The notes: a model not told the origin generated them from the letters alone. DNA of 64,000 bases from Squalus acanthias (GCA_030390025.1 CM059432.1:53136001-53200000), one strand, 5' to 3'; counted from the first letter of the stretch, positions 1-14,194 are shown. Numbers and translations are program-made.

Positions 1-1044
1 GGTCCACTATTACAATGGAGAAGTAGTAATAGTAAAAATATCTGGGAGCAGCTTGCTGCTGCTCATTTTGCATCCAGGTCCTCTCACAGCAAAGGCCAGG
101 CAGTCTCTGAAGACCTTCAATGCAGCAGCAATGAGGCGACTTTCAGACTGAAAACACTAATTGGTTCATGGGTTCCCACATGCTGGAACTCAATTGCCCA
201 ATTAGGTGAAAATTGCATCAATCTCCCACATCCATTTGCAGTCGGGTGGATAACACAAAAAGTGGATGACACGACCCCAACCCGCCCCAGTATCAAAATC
301 CAGCCCATTGTGCCTGAGTCCATTTTATCAGTTCAAACTTATCCCAAATCCAAATAGCAGCATTGTTGGACTGACAGGTTTTGTCAATGTTCAATTTTAT
401 TTCCCCACAAACTTTCTTCCTTGATACACAGCAATTGGCAGGACCACCTAGACTGCTCTCAACCAGTTTATTTTAATGAAAATGTAATTATCCCCTTTAA
501 CTTCAAGTAGATTTCCCATTTCTCGTATCAATTTATCTTATTAGCTCTAATTTCAGAAACAAGTGATTCCCAGGCACTGAAAATTATCTATTACAAGTGT
601 GGAGTCTCATTGCTTTAGGTTTTAATTGTTGCTGGAGATTTAAAAAATGTAAAATTTTAAAAAAATTTTTTCACTTGTCCTTTCTGTCTCTTTTTTTTCT
701 CTCTCTTAATCCAATCTTTCTCTTCCTCTCTTTATTCTCTTGCTGTAACTGGTTTGGCGTTGAATTCACCACCCACTCTAATTTATACTTCCTTCTCAGT
801 CCTTGCGCTGTTAATATCACAATCATTCAATCTGATTGATTAAGGAGATACACAGTTGCTTGCTTTGCTCACTCAGGTCCCAGATGCCCTGTTTCCCTCA
901 CTGCACCTTTATCAGCTCGCACTTTCAGCAACTTGCCACACAAAATATTAAAAAACCTAAACATGCAAAGCAAATCTAACTAACGGCAGACGGCGTTACA
1001 TGACCTGCTACAGCAAATTATGGCTCCTTTAAAATAAATAAACT

Positions 1045-2885
1045 GGACTACATTGGTGACTCTTCCGACGCCCTCCACCACTTTAACAGTTTCCAGTTTC
1101 CTGGCCCCAACCGTCTCCTTTTCACTATAGACGTACAATCCCTCTACACCGTCATCCCCCACTGGGACGGCCTGAGGGCGCTCCGCTTCTTCCTTGAACA
1201 GAGGCCTAACCAGTTCCCTTACACCACTACCCTCCTCCGCCTGGCCGAACTTGTTCTCATATTGAACAACTTCTCCTTTGACTCCACTCACTTCCTCCAA
1301 ATTAAAGGTGTTGCTATGGGGACCCGCATAGGCCCTAGCTATGCCTGCCTTTTAGTGGGATACACGGAACATTCTTTGTTCCGGTCCTATTCAGGTCCTC
1401 TCCTTCACCTCTTTTTCCGGTACATTGATGACTGTATTGGTGCCGTTTCCTGCTCTCGCCCTGAACTAGAAAATTTCATTCACTTTGCTTCCAATTTTCA
1501 CCCTTCCCTCACCTTCACATGGTCCATCTCCAACTCTTCCCTTCCCTTCCTCAACTTCTCTGTCTCCATTTTTGGGGATAGGCTATCAACAAACATCCAC
1601 TATAAGCCCACTGACTCCCACAGCTACCTGGACTACACTTCCTCTCATGCCACTCCCTGTAAGGACTCTATTCCACTCTCCCAGTTTCTCCATCTCCAGC
1701 CGCATCTGTTCTGACGATGCCACCTTCCATGCTAGTGCCTCCGATATGTCTTCCTTTTTCCTCAACCAAGGATTCCCCTCTACTGTGGTTGACATGGCCC
1801 TTGACCGTGCCCGTTCCATTTCCCACACTTCTGCTCTCACCCCTTCCCTCCCTCCCAGAACCACGATAGGGTTCCCCATGTCCTCACCTTTCACCCCACC
1901 AGTCTCTACATTCAACGGATCAGCCGCCGCCATTTCCACCACCTCCAGCGTGATCCCACCACGAAACACATCTTTCCCTCCCCTCCCCTTTCAGCATTCT
2001 GAAGGGACTGCTCCCTCCGCGACAACCTGGCCCACTCCTCTATCACCCCCAACACCCCTTCCCCTTCCCATGGCATCTTCCCGTACAAGTGCAGGAGATG
2101 CAACACCTGCTCTTTCACCACCTCCTCCCTTCCCACTGTCCAGGGCCCCAAACACTCCTTCCAGGTGAAACAGTGATTTACTTGTACTTCTTGCAATTTA
2201 GTGTACTGTATTCGCTGCTCACAATGCGGTCTCCTCTACATTGGGGAGACCAAACGCAGATTGGGTGACTGCTTTGCTGAACACCTCCGTTCAGTCCATA
2301 AGCGTGACCCTGATCTTCCGGTCGCCTGTCACTTTAATTCTCCGCTCCACTCGGACTCTAACCTCTCCTTCCTTGGCCTCTTACACTGTTCCAACGAAGC
2401 TCAACATAAGCTTGAGGAACAGCACCTCATCTTTCGATTAGGCACTTTACAGCCTTCTGGACTCAACATCGAGTTCAACAATTTCAGACTATGACCTTGG
2501 CCCCCATGTTTTCTTTGCTCTTTCACATGGCAGCTGTCGATCATTCTGACATTTACACTTCATCTCGAGTCATCTTTTGTTTCTTAACTTGTCCCATTAC
2601 CATCTCCTTTTGCCTTGCACCATCATCCCTTTTGTCTTTCAATTTCTCCTGCTTTCCATCCTATCACAGTCCTTCCCTTTGTTCTTTCCTCCCCTCCTCC
2701 TTTCTCTGCTCCTACACTTGCTTACAAATCTGTTACTTCTCCAACTTTTTCCAGTTCTGATGAAGGGTCATCAACCTGAAACGTTAACTCTGTTTCTCTC
2801 TCCACAAATGCTGCCTGACCTGCTGAGTATTTCCAGCATTTTCTGTTGTTGCTTCAGATTTCCAGCATCCACAGTATTTTGCTAT
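1045..2885 (+). mobile_element. Degraded 5'-truncated Penelope-like element, family B (RT + GIY-YIG + pLTR)
   Basis: ORF fragments carry PLE RT motifs (GVAMGTRIGPSYA, RYIDD) at 1262-1714 and a GIY-YIG endonuclease (YCIRCSQCGLLYIGETKR) at 2201-2494. They are broken by frameshifts and stops. A hammerhead motif lies in the 3' pLTR. Confidence 0.9.
2753..2789 (+). ncRNA. Minimal type I hammerhead ribozyme (PLE family B)
   Basis: AGTT-CTGATGA-AGG..CCT-GAAACGTT-AACT: stem I AGTT/AACT, conserved core and palindromic ACGT stem III. Confidence 0.8.
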
Positions 2886-2909
2886 TGGGCAGCCAGAACA
2901 ACCACTATA

Positions 2910-3445
2910 TCAACAGCAAATGCTGGAAATACTCACCAGGTCAGGCAGCATCTGTGGAGAGAGAAACAGAGTTAATGTTTCAGGTTGATAAACTTTCATC
3001 AGAACTGGAAGAAGTTAGAGATTTAACAGTTTATAAGCAAGTGCAGAGCCAGGGATAAAAGATAAAAGTCAGGGTGGGGTGGAAGGAAAGAACAAAAGGA
3101 AAGGTCTGTGATTAAGGGTGGAGGGCAGGAGTGATTAAATGACAAAATGAATGAAGGTGAAAGGTGAAAGGCAAAAGTGGGCAGTAATGGGACGAGCAAA
3201 GAAACAAAAGATGGGTCGAGAGTAGCTGTAAATGGCAACAGAACTATTACCAGCACCTGCTGTCTGATAAAATGGGAGCAGTAGTTATGATCTAAAGTTG
3301 CTAAACTCAATGTTGAGTCTGGATGGTTATAAAGTGCCTAATTGAAAGATGAGGTGCTGTTCCTCGAGCTTCCATTGAGCTTCATTGGAACGGTGCAGGA
3401 GGCCGAGGACAGAGAGGTCAGAGTGGGACGGAGAATTAAAAATGG
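2910..3445 (-). mobile_element. Inverted 3' fragment/pLTR of PLE family B with decayed hammerhead (2970-3006)
   Basis: Reverse complement of about 2330-2850, including CTGATGA...GAAACATT and the GIY-YIG C-terminus. It lies tail-to-tail with the upstream copy. Confidence 0.8.
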
Positions 3446-3467
3446 CAAGCAACCTACTCCAAAGACT

Positions 3468-3812
3468 TAAGCACATAATCTAGGCTGATATTGAGGAGGT
3501 GCTGCACTGTCGGAGGTGCCATCTTTCAGATGAAATGCTTCAGGTGGACATAAAAGATCCCATGGCACTTTTTGAAGACGAGAAGGGGAGTTCATCTGGT
3601 GGCTTGGCCAGCATTTATCCAACATCCCTAAAACAGATTATCTGGTAATTTATTTCATTACTGTTTGTGGGAGCTTGCTGTGTGCAAATTGGCTGCCACA
3701 TTTCCTATGTTACAACAGTGACTACACTTCAAAAGTACTTCATTGGCTGTAAAGCGCTTTGGGACGTCCTGAGGTTGTTAAAGGCGCTATATAAATGCAA
3801 GTCTTTCTTTCT
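3468..3812 (+). mobile_element. DeuSINE / SacSINE1-like SINE
   Basis: Recognisable Deu-domain-like core and L2-type tail TGTAAAGCGCTTTGGGACGTCC...AAAGGCGCTATATAAATGCAAGTC(TTTC)n. Confidence 0.7.
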
Positions 3813-4524
3813 TTTTACATGACTATAAGAGGGAGGTTAACTAGAAGTCATGCTGTTTATTTACAACATGGCTGTTTAGGAAAGGGTTTATGGACCAGTC
3901 GGTCTTTTCCTGTTCATCTTTTCATATGTTCATGTTTCAATGGGATGAAAATAGGGTGGATTCTACAATGGGTGGGTGATTCGCTCCATGGGGATTAATT
4001 TGAATTTCGATTGCAGAATGAGTAATACAAATCAGAGGCCATTTCACACCCCACATGATTTTCCATTGAAGTAAGAAAATTGAGTGGGGTGTAAAACAGG
4101 CTGCCAATTTCCTTATCATCCGCTTTGCACCACCCCGAAGACCAATTTCACCACCCTCATCAGTTTACCGCCCAGGCGGTGAAGATGAAAATTACCCCCA
4201 AGGTAATTGTTTTGGTACTCAGTACAGAGACTGTGTGGTAACCTTCAACATCTTTAGAGCCTTTAGTGGAGTATGGTCTTAGTGAAAACTGGATTAAAAT
4301 AAAACTTGGCCACTGGAATCATCTATCAAACACTAGAGTCTGCTTCTTTTGTCTCTGGAACTGTCCACCAGACCATACCATTAGTTGGTTCTCTGTCCCT
4401 TGTAAATTAAAATATTGAGTATAGCATTACGTGCTGAACTAGAGTTGCTGAAGCAGCTGTTAGGCTATGAGAAATCTATTACTTGTTTTGGTAGCTCAAA
4501 ATACATTCGCCAGGCCTTTCTAAA

Positions 4525-4860
4525 GGAAAGAAAAGACTTGCATTTATATAGCTCCTTATCTCATCTTTCAGAAATGTCCCAATGCACAATTAATTACTTT
4601 TCAAGTGCAGTAACTGTTGTTATGTCGCCAAATTAGGCAGCCATTTTTCACACGTCAGAAAAATGAATGAGCAGTTAATCTAATTTTGGTGGTGTTAGTT
4701 GAGGAAAGAATGATGACCAGACCATCAAGAGAACTCCCTGCTCTTTGAATAATGCCATGGAATTTTTAACATCCAGAACAGACAGACAGGGCCTCAGTTT
4801 AATATCTCATTTGGAAGTAAGAAAGAAAGAACTTGCATTTATATAGCGCCTTTCACAACT
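4525..4860 (-). mobile_element. Degraded DeuSINE-like fragments
   Basis: Two reverse-complement tails (ACTTGCATTTATATAGC) at about 4537 and 4830, with intervening similarity to 3468-3812. Confidence 0.6.
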
Positions 4861-7219
4861 AGATTTCATGATATGATTATCTCAAAGCAAAATTTACAAT
4901 ATGCATCTTGAACTTGAAAATGATAACACTTTCAAGTAAAGTGTATTGAGGACTTAGAACACTCCAGTAATTATATCAGTTATCTTAATGAAAGCTTAAA
5001 ACTTATTTAGATACAGTTAGATGCTTCAGGGTGTGCAGGTATATTCTGCAGAAGCACCCCGCTATAGGTAACCGGGATGTATAGGATGTGTAAGAGCAGC
5101 CCAGAGTGACTCGCTTGGCCTCCACTCACCACCTCCCCATGAAGACCTGGCTAAATCAGAGCTTTGACATATGCAGAACCACAAATATGAACACCTTGGG
5201 ATGCAATGCATTAGGACACAGCCCACTTCATCCCAGGGATACTCATTGTTTTATTTCTTTAGTTATTATTCTTATTGCTGACTCATGTGAAGTATTAAAT
5301 GTAGAATTCATAAACAAAATAGTTGAATTAAAGTTAGAAATTTAGAATGACAAGGTGTGCATTGCATTAAATTACTATTTTACTGAAATATCAGATTGTA
5401 AGAAAACACAGAACAAGGAAAAGCAATTGAAATAACCCCTTCAACTAGATCATGTAGATCACGATCATATAGCTTGGCAAGGGTTTTCTGACTATCCTTT
5501 TGGCCAGAGGGTAGCATATGGGGGTGGAGAGCTTATATAACTTTAAGAAGTTTGGATAAAGCTATCAAAAGACAAAAGTTAGTTTAGTCATTGTTGGTTT
5601 ATATACTATTGCATTGTATCACCTCTTATATAACATGCATTGTGTATATCTCTCACTATATAAACATCATATAGTGAAAGAAACATCATATAAAACACTC
5701 TCTGCACAATGCGTCCCTTGCTGTAACACACTTTAATATAGTCTCCTATAGAGACTGCTAGAAAAAAGATCTACTCTGTGTCTCTGTTCTCCCTTTCATT
5801 TAAAAGACTGATAAAAGTGTTGTACTGTAATTGATCTTACATTTGATTTTTTCATCAAGGCTGTTGGCTTCACATTTAAACCTGTCAACCTTGTGTGTGC
5901 CAGTGCCCAGCTTCATATTTGTTTGAAAACAACACCAAGTAGTTTTGTCAAACGATCCATAATATCACATCCCCCAGTAGCTGCGTACATGAAGATTACA
6001 CGTTCTCTGTTTTTTAAAGCCTTGATGAAAAGACTTGGAAAATAAAAAACAAATGACTTTTTGAAACTAAGCAGGAGTGAGAGTGCTGCTGCCTGCAGCT
6101 CTCAGTTCACGAATGATTGATAGCATTGACCTGTGCTGTTTCACATGCATTCTAAAAACCCAAATCAGTTTCTGAAATAATTGTTTTCATTTAAAATTGG
6201 ATCACAAATATTTATTCTCAATCCTGCCAGGAATTTTCTTTATTGACAAACTAACTTGAAACCCTTGATTAGTGTTTGTAAGGAACCATACTTCATAATG
6301 CTTACTCTACACAGCGCCCCACCCCCATTAAACCAACAGCTTCACCTATTTATGGAGCTGCAATATTGTGATCTTACATGTCACTGATCACTTGTAAATC
6401 CCAGTGTAATAAAAACAAGAGGTGCTAGGATGTGAATTAATGTTTATCTCCTGTGTTTCCTTGTGTCACTGGAAAGCATTGTGAAATTTACGTAATTTTA
6501 GGGGAGTTTTGTGTTATTTAATTTGAACAATGATCTGCCTAGTGGTAATTTTAACGTACTGCCATGTGCAAAATTGCAGTGTAAGCACCAAGTTGCACTT
6601 GAGCTGTTTTAATACAAATTAACACAGGTTTCCAACAAATTCCAACATAGATTAACATGGTGGTAAACTGTTAAAGTTAAAATTATTATGGGTGGGTCCA
6701 ATTAACTGTAATCAAGTTGAAAATTACAAATATTTACAACATTGTAACCCCGATTCTCTAACCTGCAATTCTGTCCAGCGAAGCTCTTTGATGGGAGCAT
6801 GGACTTGCTGAATTTACCTACAGAAGTTACACTCAGACCAAGCTTTAATTTACAGTAATAGATGGAAGGCAATTGATTGAAGTTGTCTTTTTGATGTCTG
6901 TCAGAATGTTTCAGTTAAATGGAGTGTGCATAGTACATGTCTGATGTATGTATATGATGTGCTATGACTGATGGGTGTCACACATGTACCATTCACACCA
7001 AAGAAGTTAATTTCTCCATGTAAATATTGCACTTGCACTGAAATATGTGCAACTAACCTTTGCATCATGTTACGCCGAATGCACACGTTGGAGATGGATG
7101 CAAATGCAATATATACATGCAGGAATTAATTTATCTGTTGCAAATGTTTCCGGTCAAGAAATCCTCTTTATATATATTACTGCCAATTTGACTGCAAGAG
7201 CAAACCACGTGACTATAAA

Positions 7220-8235
7220 ATTTGACGAGGAAGAGGAGTGGGCAAAGGATCGATCCTTGGGGGACTTAAGAGGTAATGGTGTGCAGTGGGAGGAGAAGCC
7301 ATTGTTGGATATGTTTTGGTTATGATTGGATAGGAACCAAGCAAGGGCAGTCCCACTAAGCTGCACAATAGAAAAAGAAGCATTGGAAAAGGATGGTGTG
7401 GTGGGCTGTGTCAAAGGCTGCAGCAAGATCGAGGAAGACAATAATGCACCACGGTCACCGTCACAGAGGATATCATTTGTGATTTTGGTTAGGGTCACTT
7501 CAGCACTGCGGCAGGGGCTGAAACCTGATTGGAGAGCTTCAAACATTTGTGGGAAAAGTGAGCATGGATTTGGAAGGCGACAACATATTCAAGGACTTTG
7601 AAGAGGAAAAGAAGATTGGAGATGAGGCAGTAGTTTGCAAGGACAGAAAGGTCATGGGTAAATATTTTGCAGAGGGGATAATGATGGCAGTTTTGAAAGG
7701 GAGGGGTAGAGTACCTGAAGAGCAGGAACCATTTACAATGGCAGCTAGCATGGGGGCCAGGGAGGGCAGTTGGGTGGTCAGCAGTTCAGTGGGAATGCAG
7801 TCAAGGAAGTAGGAGATGGGTCTCATGGAGGAGATGAGCTTCGACAGGGCATGAGCAAGATGTGGAAGAGAAACTAGAGAGAGAAACAAGGGTTTAGGAC
7901 AAGGGTGGGGGAAGCCTGGATGGTGAGGGGTCTGATTTAATGGGAAGGGGGGAGAGCAGCAGAGGCAGCTGAATGGAATGTCTCAATTTTAGTGGGAAAG
8001 AAGTACTTGAGCTCCTTGGACTTGTTGCTCTAGGGGAGGGTAGAGGTCGGAGGGGTTTGAGGAGACAGCTGGCAGTGGAGAATGCTATCCAGGTAATCTT
8101 GGAATAATGAGCGATATAGGCAGAAAAAGGTGCTTGATGTGGTCCAGCCAGATCTGGTGATGGATAGCTAAACTAGTTCTGTACCAGATACAATCAAGGC
8201 TGCACCCCTTGGACTTAAGGGAGTGAAGGGGGGGC
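7220..8235 (-). mobile_element. L2-type LINE fragment (RT region)
   Basis: Minus-strand translation LQSGFSPCRSAEVTLTKITNDIL...LSGTALAWFLS is the typical L2 RT N-terminal motif. It is frameshifted. Confidence 0.75.
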
Positions 8236-8714
8236 CAATGTCTTATTAAGATCCGCGCAAGTTATTGAGTGAATGAATTATCCTTTCTTGCCAACTATCA
8301 AAGATGTCAGACAACCAAATCATGAACTAAAAGTACTTAAATATTGAGTATGCAAATTATTAGTAAAGATTAATTAACATAAGCCCTTTCCTTTCCCAAC
8401 GTTCAATCTTAAAACTGACTCCAATTTGAGAACATATTTATGGCAAATCTTAGAGCATTTCTCGTACAACACCACAACCGTGGCGGTTAGGCCAGGGCAG
8501 GCAGTGAAAAGTATAGCCAGACGGAAAGGCTGCAATAAGGGACAAATTGTCACCACCCATAAACCAAGTTTCAGTGAAAGTCAGGATGTCAATACAATCA
8601 TTCACAATAAGTCATGAATGGCAAGGACACTATTTGTAACTGAATGGACATTCTGTATGACATGATTATATGGCATTCCTCTGTCTGTTTTTCAAGTAGG
8701 CATTTTTTAAAATT

Positions 8715-11700
8715 CTTTCATGGGATGTGGGTGTTGCTGGCAAGGCCAGCATTTATTGCCCATCCATAGTTGCCCTTGAGAAGGTGGTGGTGAGCCGCCT
8801 TCTTGAACCGCTGCAGTCCGTGTGGTGAAGGTACTCCCACAGTGCTGTTACGGAGGGAGTTCCAGGATTTTGACCCAGCGACGATGAAGGAACGGCGATA
8901 TACTTCCAAGTCAGTATGGTGTGTGGCTTGGAGGGGAACTTGGAGGTGGTGGTGTTCCCATGCGCCTGCTGCCCTTGTCCTTCTAGGTGGAAGAGGTCTC
9001 GGGTTTGGGAGGTGCTGTCGAAGAAGCCTTGGTGAGTTGCTGCAGTGCATCTTGTAGATGGTACTCACTGCAGCCACAGTACGCCGGTGGTGGAGGGAGT
9101 GAATGTTTAAGGTGGCGGATGGAGTGCCAATCAAGCAGGCTGCTTTGTCTTGGATGGTGTTGAGCTTCTTGAGTGTTGTTGGAGCTGCACTCATCCAGGC
9201 AAGTGGAGAGTAGTCCATCACACTCCTGACTTGTGCCTTGTAGATGGTGGAAAGGATTTGAGGAGTCAGGAGGTGAGAAACTCGCCACAGAATACCCAGC
9301 CTCTGACCTGCTCTTATTGCCACAGTATTTATGTGGCTGGTCCAGTTAAGTTTCTGGTCAATGTTGACCCCCAGGATATTGATGGTGGGGGATTCGGAGA
9401 TGGTAATGCCGTTGAATATCAAGGGGCGGTGGTTAGACTCTCGCTTGTTGGAGATAATCATTGCCTGGCACTTGTGTGGTGCAAATGTTACTTGCCACTT
9501 ATCAGCCGAAGCCTGAATGTCGTCCAGGTCTTGCTGCATGCGGGCAAGGACTGCTTCATTATCTGAGGAGTTGCGAATGGCACTGAACACTGTTCAGTCA
9601 TCAGCAAACATCCCCACTTCTGACCTTACGATGGAGGGAAAGTCATTGATGAAGCAGCTGAAGATGGTTGGGTCTAGGACACTGCCCTGAGGAACTCCTG
9701 CAGCGATGTCCTGGGGCTGTGAAGATTGACCTCCAACCACCACAACCATCTTCCTTTGTGCTAGGTATGACTCCAGCCAGTGGAGAGTTTTCCCCCTGAT
9801 TCCCATTGACTTCAGTTTCACTAAGGCTCCTTGATGCCTCACTCGGTCAAATGCTGCCTTGATGTCTAGGGCAGTCACTCTCACCTCACCTTTGGACTTC
9901 AGCTCTTTTGTCCATGTTTGGACCAAGGCTGTAATGAAGTTGGGAGCCGAGTGGTCTTGGCGGAACCCAAACTGGGCATCAGTGAGCAGGTTATTGGTGA
10001 GTAAGTGCTGCTTGATAGCACTGTCGACGACACCTTCCATCACTTTGCTGATGATTGAGAGTAGACTGATGGGGCGGTAATTGGCCGGATTGGATTTGTC
10101 CTGCTTTTTGTGGACAGGACATTCCTGGGCAGTTTTCCACATTGTCGGGTAGATGCCAATGTTATAGCTGTACTGGAACAGCTTGGCTAGAGGCACGGCT
10201 AGTTCTGGAGCACAAGTCTTCAGCACGATAGCCGGGATGTTGTCGGGGCCCACAGCCTTTGCTGTATCCAGTGCACTCAGCCGTTTCTTGATATCACGTG
10301 GAGTGAATCGAATTGGCTGAAGACTGGCTTCTGTGATGGTGGGGACCTCAGGAGGAGGCCGATATGGATCATCCACTCAGCACGTCTGGCTGAAGATGGT
10401 TGCAAACGCTTCAACTTTGTCCTTTGCACTCACGTGCTGGGCTCCACCATCATTGAGGATGGGGATATTCATGGAGCCTCCTCCTCCTGTTAGTTGTTTA
10501 ATGGTCCACCACCATTCACGACTAGATGTGGCAAAACTGCAGAGCTTTGATCTGATCCGTTGATTGTGAGATCGCTTAGCTCTGTCTCTAGCATGCTGCT
10601 TCTGCTGTTTAGCATGCATGTAGTCCTGTGTTGCAGCTTCCCCAGGTTGGCACCTCATTTTTAGGTACACCTGGTGCTGCTCCTGGCATGCTCTTCTACA
10701 CTCCTTATTGAACCAGGGTTGGTCCCCTGGCTTGATGGCAATGGTAGAGTGAAGGATATGCCGGGCCATGAGGATTCAGATTTTGGTGGAATACAATTCT
10801 GCAGCTGCTGATGGCTCACAGCTACTCATGGATGCCCAGTTTTGAGCTGCTAGATCTGTTCTGAATCTATCCCATTTAGCACGGTGGTAGTGCCACACAA
10901 CACAATGGAGGGTGTCCTCAGTGTGAAGACGGGACTTCGTCTCCACAATGACTGTGCGGTGGTCACTGCTACCAATACTGTCATGGACAGATGCATCTGC
11001 GACAGGTAGATTGGTGAGGATGAGGTCAAGTATGTTTTTCCCTCATGTTGGTTCTCTCACCACCTGTTGTAGGCCCAGGCTGGCAGCTATGTCCTTCAGG
11101 ACTCGGCCAGCTCGGTCACTAGTGTAGAATTCGCAAAATTATCGCGATTTTATAAAAATAAGAAGGAGACATAAAGTTTCGTATAAAACAGCTTTATTTC
11201 AGCAGAATGCTGTCAGGTTTCAAAACGGACACAAACAGCCTGTAAAATGGCCGCCACGCCTCGTGGCAGAAAGTTCTAGACTTTCAGTAGGCAGACAAGA
11301 TGGCGTTCCAATAAACATTTGTGCAAGATCGAAAAGATCCAACATGATGAGATAATGACAAGACGCGATGGGTTTACACTTTAAACATGAATACTGAAAT
11401 CGGTCTCCCAGGTGCAAACAAGGGCTATTGTACTGAGCGATCAAGGACCCATCCAAAGACATTAATATGCAAAATCCCCATGACTCTACGATGAGAGAGC
11501 CGTTTGCGGGTACTCACAGCAAGCATTTGGAAGCCCCAAAACCCCTCCAGGGAGACTACTAGCCGGTTCCACAATGGGAGAAATATTAACGGGTACTCAG
11601 ACAGTTACAAGTGTCACCGAAACCCATTAAAGACTGAGATCACCCCATACAAGAAGTTTGAGCGCCAAAACCCTGACAAAAGATAGACATTAAGATTGGG

Positions 11701-13270
11701 TGGGAAAAGAGGAATTACAGCACTATAACTGTAAGGTACAACCGTCCATCTTTCTCTTGCTGCTTTGACTCGCTGGAAGACTGCTGAACTTTCATTCTCT
11801 TGCCTGACGACTCTGGACTCTGATCCGCTAGGATCAACCTCGTGGCTTGCCGCGAAGATCTGTGGAGAACTGGGCTGTGAGGCCTGGAGGCGGGCGCACC
11901 ATCCCGAGGAGTCGGTAAACGGTGTTGGAACCGAAGGCCCGAGAGGAGATGAGATGAGATGAGATGAGAAGAGAAAAGAAGAAGACGACAATACGCATCG
12001 CCACGGTCAGTAAGCCCCGACCGCGCCTGTAAGTCGAATAAATACTTCTTTGAATTCTATCGGCTACTCCACAACTGGCCCAGGAAGACCCTTCTTCGAG
12101 TTCTATCGAACCGGTGTAGGGCACAGGAAGACTCTTTTTTGAGTAGTATCAGAACTCCGAGGGCAACACAGATCTTCATGACAGCAGACGGTCCAGCCTG
12201 CTAGCTGGAGCAGAAACGAGTAAACAAGTGGGGTACAGAGACCCCTGATCAACATGTGGATAGTCAGGTGCTGCGGTAAAAACATCCGAGCAGAGTTTCG
12301 GAATTCTCCGAGTTATCACGAGTGGTGAGCATGAGTCTCGATCCTACAAATCTAGATTAGGACAGGTATTGATAGGGGAGGGTTTAAGTTTTAAGGATAA
12401 TTATAATGTGTGTCCACTTTTACAATGTGTCGTGCGCTCCTCGTTTCCCTAAAATTAGTTTCATAACTGTGTGTAAGATTGTACTGTCATTAATCTGTGC
12501 TTATGACATGTATCTTGTAATCTTGAATAATATGCAATAAAGATTTTCCATTTCGCACCATTCAACCGGGTCTACCTGAGTTTTCTCTGCATTATTGCTC
12601 TCGCACCTAAGTCCAGTGTCAGAACCGTAAGGGCGAGTGGGTCGAACCACTCACAGGTGTCTAGTGTTACCAGGCTGGCTGGAGACCAGAACAGGCAACA
12701 AGGCCTAACCCCGCACTAGCACTCAGGCTAAGCACAGAGCCACAGGTCACCCCTTACACTAGTGGTGCTACCGAGCCACTCTTGGTGATGGACATTGAAA
12801 TCCCCCTCCGAGAGTACACTCTGTGCCCTTGCTACTCTCAGTGCTTCTTCCAAGTGGTGTTCAACATGGAGAAGTACTGATTCATCAGCTGAGGGAGGGC
12901 GGTAGGTGGTAATCAGCAGGAGGTTTCCTTGCCCATACTTGACCTGAATCCATGAGACTTCATGGGATCTGGAGTCAATGTTGAGGACTCCCAGGACCAC
13001 TCCTTCCCGACTGTATACAGCTGGGACAGGACATATCCAGGGATGGTGATGGAGGAGTTTGGGATATTGGCTGAAAGGTATGATTCTGTGAGTATGACTA
13101 TGTCAGGCTGTTGCTTGACTAGTCTGTGCGACAGCTCTCCCAATTTTGGCACAAGTCCCCAGATGTTTGTGAGGAGGGCTTTGAAGGGCCGACTGAGCTG
13201 GGTGTGCCGTTGTTTTGTCCATAGCCGGTGCCTCGGTCAATGCTGGGTGGTCTGTCCGGTTTTATTCTTA
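8715..13270 (-). mobile_element. CR1/L2-group LINE ORF2 (APE + RT), interrupted by a solo LTR
   Basis: Consecutive minus-strand ORFs: APE (PDIVILTES, YRPPS, GDFNVHH) and RT (NYRPISLL, DIKAAFD, VPQGSVL, FADD), with a few stops. Split at 11123-12758. Confidence 0.9.
11123..12758 (+). mobile_element. Solo LTR (1636 bp) of an ERV/LTR retrotransposon
   Basis: TGTA...TACA termini, perfect 4-bp TSD CTAG (11119-22 / 12759-62) and AATAAA at 12536. Removing it restores the LINE sequence. Confidence 0.85.
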
Positions 13271-14194
13271 TTGACCTTTATTAACTTGTTTATTTTAAAT
13301 GCTGAGTATTATTATACTTGACCTTGCAGGCCATCATATCTAAAACTGATCCTCATCTCAACCAATCATTGCACAAATGCATTTTCTAACAGGTCTCACT
13401 CAATACTGCTCAGAAGTGATTTTTGTTTCCCCTCCCTAGCCTTGGGGCCTTGGGACATTGAGACTAATTAATTTAGCACAGCTAACTCAGCACAGACTTG
13501 GAGCCTTCTCGTCTGTTTAAAATAATTGTAAACTATTTTTCTAGGATTGACGTTACAGTAACAAAGTTACTTGTGACATTTGATGAACCCTCCTGGAATG
13601 TGTCCAACCCTATCTGCGCCAGGAGTGCATATGCAGAAGATCAGCCCTTGAGTCTCCATTTTCTGCCGCTTATGACCAGTGGAGTAAGGCAGCCTTATTT
13701 GCAAAGGTCAAATGGCTCATTTCCAATTGTTAGAATGGTAAATTTGAATAATTTCAATTAACTTTCCATTGCATGATTTAATTTAAGTAGATTCAAATGT
13801 TGTACATTGGTCACTTAGAATTAACTGAGTATAGTTAATGTCAAGCTTCTGTTCAAAGTTCCTTTATCCCCACAAGTTTGAATATAAACTCCCGTAGGGC
13901 AAATTTTTCTGTGCTTTGCACCCCTATTTTTCAGATGCACAGCAGAAGAAAAGTAGGCAGAGATCCATTATGCTAGGTCTCTGCCCTGATTTGGATATGC
14001 CTGGGCTTCTTCTTGGGTTTTGGGTGGGGTGTGCTTCAGTGCACCAGAAGGAGATGTACAGCTATGCTATGTCACAAAGATCTGCAACCAGCATACTTTA
14101 GCGCTCGCAGATCACATGTCAGTGGCAAACTTCCACATTTAAACTCAAGGTTCTTGCGTCCTGCACTGCATTTCAATGGTTGCACAAGTTGCAT

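Noticed and set aside
3950..4200. Weakly palindromic segments (also about 6540-6690, 640-1030 and 56100-56730)
   Set aside because: Probably old MITEs, but termini and TSDs could not be fixed reliably.
4900..7200. Possible host exons or conserved non-coding elements in AT-rich unique-looking DNA
   Set aside because: No ORF or splice pattern I can support; it would need cross-species alignment.
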